Assembly (NCBI GenBank): GCA_965153455.1
Contig: OZ234493.1
Coordinates: 1,736,001 to 1,800,000 of the forward strand
Direction: 5' to 3'
Length of the DNA: 64,000 nucleotides
Origin: Sphagnum compactum
Taxonomy: Eukaryota
The first letter of the stretch is position 1. Each line of letters begins with the position of its first letter. The translations under genes and the position numbers were made by a program. A model generated the notes under the pieces. The model saw nothing but the letters and a program-made list of their open reading frames with translations. It had not been told where the DNA came from and ran no database searches. Below are positions 47,501 through 59,896 of the stretch, piece by piece.

Positions 47501-50500
47501 CCGTCATTTCAAGAAAAAGACTTGTCTCGTTGTGCTTCATAGATTCCCTCTTGTTTGTAGATTTATGGATCATCTTTTTTCATTTTTTCATCTTTCTTCA
47601 ATTTTCAAAATTTAAAAGATTTATGCACTGAAACCAAGACTCTTTGGTAGTGGCATACATCTAAAACCATCTTGTGAGTTGAGCAAATATTAACATGATT
47701 TGTATGCCTCATTTTCATTCCAAAGTCTTTATGATTTCGAAGTTCGGAGTTATCAATAATCAAATTGAAATACAAGTTTTTAAAGAAGACTTTTTTGTCC
47801 CTCAGAGAATCAATATTTCTCTTATAAAATAAAAACTACCTTCATAAGATTATGTTAAAGAGGATTAAAGAGTTGTTTAATAAATAAAAAAATTATATTT
47901 TGAATTTCACCATTTGGAATATTTCGAATGATGATCTATATAAAGTCTTGTAATTTGGGAACATCTTATAAGTTTACTCTTGGTCTAAATGTTATCCCTT
48001 GCTATCATTTTCTTTGTCTTTCATGTAGTGTGTTTTCACCTTGTCTTATGGTTTGTTGTTAGGCTTTAGCCAATAGCATGGTTGAGTCTTCCCATTGCTT
48101 CATTTGCATATAAATTCAATGTATAAATTAATGTTTACAATAGTTTTTACCCACTAACATAAGGAGCAAATGAAGTCAATTTGGATGTTAATATAGAGAA
48201 ATCACTATCGTACATGCATATATATATTATTATAGATGGACCCTAAATAGGTGTGCAATTGGTGCTATTGTTCATATTGTAAGTGTATCTTTTTTTTAAA
48301 TTGTCCCTATTTTGTATTTGTTTTATGGTCCTTTGTTTTAAGTTTTGTCTATCCAAGTTTCTTGGAGTTTCAATGACTTTATGAAGTTTTCATCTTGTTT
48401 TGCCTTTTCTAAACATGAAAATGGGGACTTTTCAGTTCTTTTAAAGAAATATTTTATACTTTTAATATATTTGGTTAAATATACTTATGGATGATTGCCA
48501 TTTGAGGAACATCACTAAATTTAAAAGGAAAACATTGCTTCTAGCATGGGTAATCTTTCATTATCTACAATTTCACCCTTTTAACAAAGTATATTATATC
48601 TAGGTCAATTCTTTATGTATATATATCATTTTATAAGAAAGTGATATGTGGGACCTTTGTGGTCAGTTTTCACAAAGGAACAACCATGAAGTGAAACACG
48701 ACTACCTAAGTAATAGGTTAGAAGCTTTGGATGAAAAATATAAAAATAGTTCGCAAACTTTAAACATTTAGAATATACGCATATTTCACATTTAATTTGT
48801 CAAAAGCTTTAAGCAAGTCATTTTATTACTCTTTGACTAAAAGTGTTGAATTTCAAATCCCCATGAAATTTGGCATATCCAAATTGCTTTAGGAATCTAG
48901 TCAATTTGTGCTTAAATTTCATGAATTCATTTGAACAGGTGCTCATAAATGATTTTATTTGTGTGAAATTTTATCAAAATGCAAAACAGAATATAAAAGG
49001 GAATTATTTTTCACAATATTTCTCTTTTTTCTGAAACAAATTGGAAAATTTTGAAATAAAAATTGAACTACTTTGGCCACATTTGGATTTAACTTTAATA
49101 GCATTTCTAAAAATATTTTCTTAACTATTGACAAATTTCTAAAACATGTTACATAATGTTAAAGAACTTGGGATGTTCACCAATGATGCAACATTAAGTT
49201 TTGTATATGCATATCATTGTTCAAAAGCACAAAAGCATGAATTGGCTTCCAATAGGGTAAAAGCACAATCAAAGGAACCACACAAGTGAGTGGACACTCC
49301 TTAAAATGCACTTTTGTATGTTTAAAAAATCACAAGTGAAGCATAATAGTTTGGATTGTCATATTTTTTGTGGAAATATTTTCCATTAATTGCAAAGTTT
49401 ACATTCTCAAAACTTGACACAAATCAAGAATGTTTTTGCATGTTCAAAGCACTCAAACCTCAAAAGTGGACAATCCTTGTTTTTTTTCAAACATCCTTTT
49501 CTTCTACCAAATGCGCACCAATCCTTCTTAAAATTGGAGAGGATTTCAACATTGATGATTAGAGGGGCAAAAGAACTTGAATCTTTATTTTTATTTTTAA
49601 TAACCAATTTGAACACATTTGGCTCAAAAATGTTTTTGACTTTGAAAATTATGGATTTTGAAAATGTGCTTTTAACAAAAGTTGTTCATGTATATATGAT
49701 AGAAGGCATGAATGCATAACATACATAGTACAAAATCAATTTGTTCTTGTGTTTAGAAAAATGAATGTTTTAAGATGTTAACCAATGAAAGGTGGATATA
49801 GATGTTTAGTCTTCTAACCAATAAATGCAAAAAATGATCAAAAGAAAATAATTGAACAAATTGAAAACACAATTGAAATTCAATTTCGTGTAAACACACA
49901 TTATTTTATTTTTGGTTTAAATATTGAAAATTTTTATTTTTATTTCTTTTATGTCATTCTTTTTTGACAAAATTACACTAGTGGATATAATCCCTAAGTC
50001 ATGTTTAAGCACACTTAGACAACCTTTAGTCATCAAAATTATCATTATTTCTTACCATAATGATCCTAATCTACACTTTTATCTAACGAAACAATAAATA
50101 TGATATAACTTGTAGGTTGTATTATTCATAACAATCAATCAAATTTAAAGCTCCATATGATTTTGAAGGTAAACATTCCTTTTGTGTACTCGAATTGTGA
50201 ATGCACCCCTGGATGATTATCACACTTTTTCAATTAATATAATTTGTTACATAGTTTTACTACACAATGGTTGAAAAACTTGTCAATTGTGTCAGTCTTG
50301 TGGCGATTGATCAGAAGAAGCAGCTGCTGCTGAAGGGCATCATTCACTGCACCTGAATCTATACTTATCAAGTGAAATGTTTTTCATATCAATACAATTG
50401 TTGAAGGTTCTTATAATCTGGTGATCAACACCCAACAAATTATTATCAAAACTCCAAAAGTGAGCTTCTAGAAAATTGGATTCTTGGTTGCACTTATGTG

Positions 50501-53500
50501 TGAAACCAGAACTAGAACCAGACTCAAGGTTTTTGGCAAAGATTAATGTAGGTGCTAATGAACAGTTAAGTTCTTTTTACTTTAGGTTACTAGTAACTGG
50601 ACCAGAACCAAGTCTGATTCTCAGAGCAGGAATCAGAACTAGAACCAGAAATTATTTATTTTTGAAGAACTGCACCCAAAATGAGGTTCTGGATTCCATC
50701 TATGTGTGGAACTGGAGCTGAAACCAGAACTGATAATAGAACCTGGATATCCCTCAAAGGGAAACTGATTATAAAACCTGGATGTCCCTCAAAAGGTAAT
50801 GGATATCCAAGTGGGCAACCAGAAACCTTTACCCAGTTTGTGTTATGGACATCCAAGCAAGGAGGGAACTAGGAGATGTGAAATAAGCAAAGGGTCCTTA
50901 TTGCAGACAGTTATTGTAACTATTAGAGTCTATAGTTGCGGGCTCAAAATGTGCATACCAGTGTTGTCTGGTTATACAGGGTTGACCAGTTATGTATATG
51001 CACAATTCTCAATTAAGCATAAATGCATATCGTAAATTGATTCAATTTCAAAAAAATAATTATGCATATTCTCCAAATACAGACTAACCACTAATTTTGA
51101 ATTATGCATATTCATGGATGGAAGAGAGTTCAGTTAACCGAATCTACATCTTTATTCTGGGATTATTTAGGAGTATGTTCAGTTATGTACAATGTCTTTT
51201 TTCAAATTCCTTTAGTAAGTGCAGTGGCTAGGATCCTCGACATTAATTAGAAGTAAACAGGGACTGCCTTGGAGGAACATTAAATTTTTTGGGAATTCTG
51301 CTTAGTTTTGACGACATGCAAGAACACATTGTCTAAATTTGGGGACTTCTTTAAAAACATTTCTTTCAAAATATGGTGAATTTTTTGTATTTTTTTAAAA
51401 AAACCTTTGTTGCATTTGTTCCCATTTTTTTTACCAGGTAGCAAAAATTTGAAAAAGAAAAAATCTATCTTTGTATGAGAGCTGTACAAAACCGAAAATT
51501 TTATACATATCTAGGAGGAAGTTCTATGATTTATGATTTTTTAAAGTTTGGAAGATATGCTTTTACACTCAAAACCTTAAGCCCTAGTCAGCATTCTGAG
51601 TGATAAGTGAGAAATTGGCAATACATATTTTCTATGCATATCCATGATTTTTAGCATTCAATAATCGTCTATTCATAACTAGCGAAGGGGGAAAAAGTAA
51701 ATTGATACATAACTGTATATATATGAAAATATCTGAAATTTTAATGATACATATCCATCTCCTTTTTTTAATTTGAAAATATTCTTTATTCAAATCTGGA
51801 GTTTTGTCCAGAAGATGGATAACCAGACAACATTGGTGCATACCATGATACAATATCTATAATAGGCAGCACCAGATTGTGTCTGGGTGTCATCCATTCA
51901 TCTTTCTTGAGAAAAACATGGATCAGGCCAAGGGCAGACAAGGAAAAAAAAAGAGAGAAGCAGTACTTCTATACTGCCTACAATAAGGACCCTTTGCTTT
52001 ATTTAAGGTCTTCCAAACCAAACCTTTACACAGTTTCTGACACTAAAATCTTTTTAGAGTCTATCGTTTTATTTTGAGGCTTTTGAAGGATCATCAATGG
52101 AGTCACAACTGGAACTATTACACAAGGCTTATGAAGTTGTTGGTGTAGTAGAGAAGGAAGTTGCATGAAGGATTCCACATGCTTGAAGTCATGGGTGAGA
52201 GGCCAGCACCCTAGTGATGATGAACCAGTGATGAACTACTTCCCCTAGCAGCCACATTCTGTCTCCTAATTTGTCATCAGGGCGACTCCAGCACCCAAGT
52301 GATGAAGTAGTGATGAATTAGCTAGGACGAATTACCTATGTAAAATTAATTTCTCCCAGGGCCATGTTTTCTGATGTTTGGCATCAATTGTGGGTTCAGA
52401 TTCACCATTTGGACTAGAATGTCATATATAACCACATGAGCACTCATTCATCTCATAGTCTAATTTGTTAGTGACACAAACAATATTGGTTCTGCCCCAA
52501 GATGCAACAGAACCTACATCACAGAGTTTGATATGAATAGATTTTGCTCATAGAGCCATTCTGCAACATTTCCAGTCCAGCAGTGACTTCACTGCATCAG
52601 CCCTACTTCATCATTGCATGAAGGTCCCGATCTGATTTGTTTGAGAACAGCACAGGGGAATGTTGGGAACAACAATGTGAAAAAATTCTAATCATATGTT
52701 ATTTGAGATGTTATAATGAATCCGGAATACCAACGGCCAACGTTGGCGATGATGACATTGGAACATTGATACCGATTGCAGAAAATGTGAGCACTTATTT
52801 GACATTTGAAATTTTCACTTCAGTGTTTTTCATTTGCATTTGCAGTACTCTTTGACTGAAGGCAGTAAATTGGTTCTATACGCTCTTACGGCCTCATTGC
52901 ATTGAGTTTCCTTGCTTCATTCACGCATTGGCTTGTTTGCTTTGCTTGTTTGCTTGGCTTCACACAATGCCTTCAGAATTCTGCTCTTGAAGCTGAAATG
53001 ATATGATGGGCTAACATAGAATTAGGAGATCAATTTTGTGTTATTGGTCTACATCCCTTGGATTAATGATTGTTGGTTTCCCTATGTGTCAATGAAGCAG
53101 ATATACAAAACAGGGTTTTTCTTTTCAATTTTGTGATGTTGGTGAAGTGGAGATCATCCATAAGATGATCTAGCCAGATTTAGCAATATACTAAGTATGA
53201 AAGTAGAAAACAAATCTGGTGAATTTGGGTCATTTTTTCCTTGAAAAATCCTTTGTATAGGTCGAAATCATATTTTAAAGTCCAGATTTGACAATATTTT
53301 CTCGAAAAAGCACTCATACAAAACCTTTTCAGATAGTAAATTTCTCTTTTTCTCTTGCGTGCTTTTCTTTCAAGCTTTCTGATATGGGAGCAAATTCACC
53401 TTGTGTCAAGCACATTTGGGCATAAGTATGCTTGGATGGACCCATTAGGAATAACCTCAAAGTATGATAAACCTAGCAAATTTAGTCAAATGACTTTTAT

Positions 53501-54875
53501 TTTATTTAGTTTTCCATGTTTATTCGTTGCATGCCAAGGTATATTGTTTTAAACATTCATTGAATTTTTTTAAATGCAGGAATCATTACAAAAAGAAATT
53601 CCTAATCACAATGACCCTTTTCATAATCACATTTCTGAATTTTGAAAATTCATAAGTAAATTATACTTATTCCATGATTATTTAATCAGATAAGATATCA
53701 TCTGAGGTGCCTTTGAAAATTATATCTTAATTTTTCCAACCAGAATGTGTTCCAAACTCATGTTCCTGATCCAAAAGTTTAAAGAAACCAACCATTATTG
53801 CATGCTTGAAAACAATTCTAAATGCAGTGATTAAAAAATTCAAAAACTACAAAAGATTCTTGATTAAATTTCAAAGGTTATATAACTTGGTCAATGCACT
53901 CAACAATGAATTCAATGACAAATCTCATTTTCAATGTTTTTTATATTTCTAAAAAGTTGGATAGGCCCAATAAAATGACAATGTGACTTTCTTAGTGAGT
54001 CCACCCAAGGATACTAATGGCCACTTTGAACTTATCAGGAGTTCAACAATAAGAAATTCATTCTCGATTGCATGTGCAATTGTAAACAAAATCTTGATAG
54101 TTTGAAATAGACATAAATACTTGAGCCAATGTTTGGATGTTTTGAATGTCAAGTTGATGTCTCAAGTTGAGTCCAATTTTATTTATTTCCCATGATTCCC
54201 ACCCATACTTGGCAAGTAGCACATGGGAAAAAAAATGAAGAGGGAGCATTTCGAAAAGCAAAATGCCCATCCCTTTGCACAGGAGCAAAATTTATTATTT
54301 TTGATTGATGTAAAGTGCAACACCATACCCTTCCAATGGAATTTTTTTTTAAGATGTTCATTTCAATGGATCATCATGCATGAGGGAAATGCTGGTTGTT
54401 TGGGGAAGCAAACTTGTCGCATTGAGTGCAATTTTCCAGTTGAGTAGCCAAACATGTTGTTCAAAGGCACCTGTTGAATGAAGAGAAAGTTTGACTTCGT
54501 CATGAAAATATCTGTACTGCATGACCATGCAAGGGTATGATTTTTGAAACTATAAACATGAGAGAAGCTGGAACATTTCTGCTAATAATATCTCACACAT
54601 TACACTAATAGATAAGCATTTCAACTTCATTATCAATGTCCTTACAGAGCTGTACAAGAATGCCACAGCCTTCCACACCCATGTAAAAATCTCATAGCAA
54701 AAAAAAAAGAAAAAAGGGTGTTATTACACATGTCAGTATGTAAACTGTCAACCTTGGAACCTCCAACCCTGAGAAAAAGGAAAAACCTACTTACTGGCCA
54801 GACTCACTCAAACATGATAAGGTCATGTGTATTGACATGTGCATAGACAACTGCATTATCTCTGTACTATTCACT

Positions 54876-56893
54876 GATTGAGGAACAAGAACAAAATCAT
54901 GCAGAAAAAAAAAAACTTGAATTTGCAATAGTACCAATTGTTTGAAGAAGTGGTGAAAGAATTTAAGCTAAATTCTCCCATAGCGGATCCTTAAGTCGCA
55001 TCTTTCAAATCCTCTAATTATGCATTTCTTCTATTGTGTCTTAGAGATTTTTGCATGATTGTAGCATGGCGGCCCTTATCAACCTCATTCAAATTAGGTA
55101 AGTAGGTAGGAAGGTTAAGAAAGCTTATAGTTTACAGTTTAAAGTTTAAGGTTTCGTTAGAAAATGTGTATATGCATGGCAGACCTTGTAGTTTCATTAA
55201 TATCAAAGTGCCAATAGGTATCACAACAAGATTCCAATATTGTGATGACTTGTATAGACCATCATGAAACATTTCTGAACCCCTCACCTGATGATTCACA
55301 TCACATCTACTTTGCCTCCTCCAGTTTCTTCAATTGCACCTAATTTGTCCTCACATTTCACACCTTGTCTACTTCATCAACCACGGGCTATTCCTCAATC
55401 ATCTATACCTACATTAAGGGCTTATCCATCCCATAAGTAGCATCTGCATGTTCCTTGTCCTAGTTTGGTAGCTTATACGTAACAGCAATATGTTTAACAT
55501 GTCACCAGACACCATACACCGCACATAACCAATCGGGTGAAAATCCTTTAAGGAATACCACATAGGATGAAAAGGGCCTAGTCCTTACTGTAAATTTTTT
55601 TAACCCTATATTTTGATCCCCATAAAAAATATTGAATCAAAAGTTGTCAAAATTTTCAAAAGGATTATATTTTAACCATTACAATTCTAGATTGCATCAT
55701 AATCACCCATAAATGTGTTTTTACATGGTAAAAAAAGACTAGGTAAAAAAGATAAAAAAGGATGACATGTGACAAGATTTTGGTACACCTTAAAGAATTT
55801 GCACCTAGTCATCAGCTTTTGAAGTGCCGATGCCCTCGGCAGTACTGTCTTTTCTTCCTTCTTTAGCTTAGACATGGATTGCATCATTAAATATCACCAA
55901 TGCATTCCATCTTGGTTTATCACACCCCCGTTCATACCATCATATTCCATATGCTTTCCATGTCAAGGTTTAACATGTTTTGCACATCTTTTTAGTTTGG
56001 TTGGTCGTTAATCCATCCAACATAATATCTTGGCATGCATTTTTGCTCTTCCATTCTTACTGTTTATCTTTTAAACTAGAGAAAGGTGGTGAAAAAGGCC
56101 ATTAAGAGAATCGCACATGTTTGCGTCAATACATGGCAATGGACTTAGAAACATTAAGAACATATGATTAAAGCATAAGCATTGGCTTCTTAAAGATTTT
56201 CAAAAATGGCACTAGATCCTATTCCACTTCCATCAACACGATTATGTTGCGCACAAGCACTTGTTCTTGTAGGGTAGTGTGCTCGAATAGTGCATGCATT
56301 AGCCCCCAGCACTCATGCGGCCCCATCAACTGAGACCATCACGGCCCTTTGTCATTTTCATCCATTGGCTAAAGTTGACCTCCCCCCTTTTGTTGATGAT
56401 TTCCATCTAGAGACACATCTTGTTTTGAATAGAAAAACATTTATTTCTACTTTGACACGTTCACCACATTCTTTGAGTATGGCATATGAGTTTTTGCAAG
56501 ATTACATTGTTCGTAATGACTCTGTTAATGGCTTTTATTTATTTTTAAATGTGCGAACACATTATTCATGGTCATGTTTTTCCATCAATATCACACTTCC
56601 TTGTTGCATTGCAACTATTGGTTTTGGAAAAACAAGCTAAAAGCGTTCGACCCATCACAATTGGAGAGGTGATTTATCAATTGGTCGCCCACACATTAGC
56701 TATTCAATTCAAGGATACATTTGCAAAACATTTTAATCCACACCAGGTTGGCATGGCAATGCCAAATGGGTGCAAAACAATGGTTCATGGGGTTAGAGCT
56801 ATGTTAAATTTACATCTGAAGTGAATGGTATTATTGGTGGATGTTTGAAACACATTTAATTCAATATCTTGAATAGCTATTTTTCAAAAGTTG
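54876..56893 (+). repeat. Inverted ~2-kb duplicate of 34365-36378 (flank + MITE copy 3 at 55536-55806 + 5' part of the CRE-like element)
   Basis: Continuous reverse-complement similarity, e.g. ORFs 56290-56640 and 56549-56824 versus 34700-34969 and 34510-34773. The MITE sits at the same site in both copies. Confidence 0.9.
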
Positions 56894-59140
56894 CTTGTGA
56901 TTTCCAAGTTCCCTCATTACGGTTTCATTGTGGTGCATTTTGTAGGTTTGAGCAATTTACTTTTGTATCTAGGAACTTGGATCTTGCAATAGTGAGTAGT
57001 TTGTGCCATTATACCACGAAGGTTGCTAGATTACAAGAGTTTGAACTCAAGCATGGAACCAAGTAATGATACTTTTGGCAAGCTTGAAAAGCCCTTTGAA
57101 GCAAACTTGAAGTTTGCCTGAGATTATTTTCAATCAAGTTGAAGGTCAAGTCTTGTCTTTCGATATTTTACCTTTGTGTTGGGATTGTGTGGAGAAGGAT
57201 TGGATCCAAGAAAGTCCTAGATTGGTGCACATGCCACATAGGCAAAACACATCAAACTCTAGGGTCTTAGAAAAGGACACAATGGGTTCAAATTCAAGGT
57301 TGAAAGTTATCCACCTTAAATAAAATTTACAAGAATAAAACAGTTGAATAATGTGATATATTAAAGAAGGCAAGGGAATAAAGCAATTTGTTTAGCATTT
57401 GCTAAAAGGATAATTGCTAAGAAAAAAGGGTTCAAGGTCAATTGGGTCACATTTGTACAATCAACTAATAAGGATAAGCTTGTCAAGCTAACATAAAAGG
57501 TTTGTTTCCCCTTTGTTTAATAGATTTGGCTTTGCAATAGTTGAAAACAATTGTGATGGACGGTGGTTCTTTTGTAGCTTTGGTCGTTGCAAACAAGTTG
57601 GGTGTGTCAAAATGTGTGCTAAAAAAGTGCAATGTGCCAAATGCATACGTTAAAAAAAAAATGCCTTTTGTTTACCAACTTACATTCAATTACATCTCGT
57701 TTTCAATTTCATTTTGACTACATTTAATTATATTTATTTCAAGAAATTTCATGTGGATGGCTTGGCACCTTAAATAAATTAAACTATTAACTAATTTGAT
57801 AAATCTACAATGTTGACCATTGATGAGGGTTGATTTTTGAAAATGTAATTAAATTATAATAAAAAAGTTCACTTGAGATTATGAACCATGTTACATCATG
57901 TCAACTACTTGATTAATTTAGTGGACCATGTTGTTTATGAATGGATGAAAAATGAAAAATGAAGATAAAGTATTACATATGTTTTCCACTATATTTTAAT
58001 TTTGATATCTTTTTTTTGCAACAATATTGAAACTTTATTACAACTATGTTGTGACTAGTTTTTAAATTTATTAAATATTTGTGACACTTTTACTAAAATT
58101 TATAGTTTTCATTAGGATACCTTGCCATTAGCAAGGTTGACAACATCTATGTCAAAACATTTAAGGTGATTATGTTATCAAAATTTAGTAGTGGTCACCA
58201 AAAATTTCCTTTTAACATAGCCAAGGCAAATTGGATTCTAGTGCCAATGAAAACGTTTTCAAGTATGATAAGTGAACGAAATGTTCACATTAAACAATTA
58301 CCTCGGTTGGTCATGTGGGGGCCATGTTAACACATTACTAAACATGTTGCTAAAGGGGACCATGGGAATGCCATGGGTTCCATGCTAGTCTTGAGGTTTA
58401 GCATCTTGTTAGCAAAACTTGGGATTTCACTACAAATTGAAATTCAATGAAATGGAGGGGATGTATCAAAAAGAAGAAATGCGTTGTGCTTTAAACATAG
58501 GTTCTAGACTAATGTAGTTATGTCCATGATTTGCACAACCTCATAGAAGTATCGTACGAAGCCATGATTACTAATATTTGGTTTGAAGGTCATTTAAATT
58601 TCCAATATATTTCCAAAAGAATTGAATGGATCACATAGATTGCATGCTAAATCTAATATGTTGGTAGTTGTGAGACTCTCATAAGCAAAAGTTGTTGATG
58701 TTGTACGAATAGAGTTATTTAAGCTTATTGTAGATTATCTTCAATATTTTTGTGAGTGGTTGAAGATTCTTCATTTAGAACAAGAAATTCAAAGAAGATA
58801 ATTTTTAGTCTACAATTTCATACAACAACTACTAGGTTTCTTTGATATCAATTCTCCAAAAGGTGCAAACAAATAAAATCAAAACGCATAAAATCTCATA
58901 AGAACCTTGAAAATTAAACACATGGGTTGAAAATATCTTTGGGATGGGCAGCTACCCTAGATGACCAAAACACAAAAAAGCCATAGAACACAATTTCAGA
59001 AATAGAAGCCATTGGTATAGTTAAGGGAATAATTTATCAGTCATACTAGTTTTAACTATTATAACATATACTTAAATACCAATCCGTGAAAGTTGTTACT
59101 TATAGATGATTAAAAACATGTCAACTTCTCCGCTTGAAAG

Positions 59141-59474
59141 TTAAAGCTTTGAATAGTCTGTGGATGCCTAACCGATTTGTTCATGCATTCGATCAAAATC
59201 ATTTAATGGTTTAATTGTGCAAAGTCACCAATGATACTAATAAATGGTCCTTCCTCAGAGTTAGGTGATATGGTGAGGCAATAAAAAGGCTCCAGGTACA
59301 AAGATATGTAATTCTCTATAATCACCACCAAATGTACAATTCCATTACCATTTACATCTTTGAAGTGGAATTTAATGGTTGGAAACTCGAAAATTGAAAA
59401 ACATCAGAAAGGTTGAAGCATATTGGAAATAGATCAATAGCATATTGAGGTGAAGTTATTAGCTTCTGAAGTTC
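59141..59474 (-). pseudogene. A1 aspartic protease last-exon pseudogene (copy 4)
   Basis: Near-identical to 15506-15841 and shares its premature TAA, the TGG->TAG change and the dead acceptor. Confidence 0.9.
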
Positions 59475-59583
59475 TTACAATCCTTCCATACTCAATCAAT
59501 CCTTTCTTGTATTTGTTAATGGTAAGCATGTTTGATATCAATTGTCCCTTGTACCAGGTTGTAATTGTAACAATTCCCTAGAT

Positions 59584-59896
59584 GAGTGGCTGGTAACCCG
59601 TGGCTACGCCACTCCAGCCACCCCCAAGAAAAGGAGGGAGGACCCAAAAAAAACGAAAAAAAAAAAAAAAACACCTCCCTTCACTCCCCCGTCCGGTCCT
59701 TTCCCGCCCGTCCCCCCCCTACTGGCCCCCCCCTGCTGCCCCCCCCGTGCTGGCCCGCCCCACCCCCCCCCACCCCTGCTGCCGCTCAGTAACTTCTTAA
59801 CTGTCGCTCAGTAAAAAGTAACTTAGGTAAATTTGGTAACTTCGAAAAGGTAAAAACAGACAGACGCACGCACGCACACCATGTTTATAATTATAT
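59584..59896 (-). mobile_element. ~310-bp GC-rich non-autonomous Helitron-like insertion
   Basis: Absent from the paralogous site (~15941-15955). CTAG followed by nested hairpins (GTGGCTGG..CCAGCCAC, GTGGC-TAC-GCCAC) at one end; ACAG/GCAC microsatellite and TTATATA at the other. Bounded by an 11-bp direct repeat, ATTCCCTAGAT. The insertion is certain; the class is uncertain. Confidence 0.6.

Noticed and set aside
51990-54500. Coding-like fragments (FEAFEGSSMESQLELLHKAYEV, repeated QHPSD(D)E, and a minus-strand block at 54058-54288)
   Set aside because: Many stops, no consistent exon chain and no recognisable family; too weak to call.
59542-59814. Three overlapping Lys/Pro-rich ORFs
   Set aside because: They result from poly-A and poly-C runs within the inserted element.
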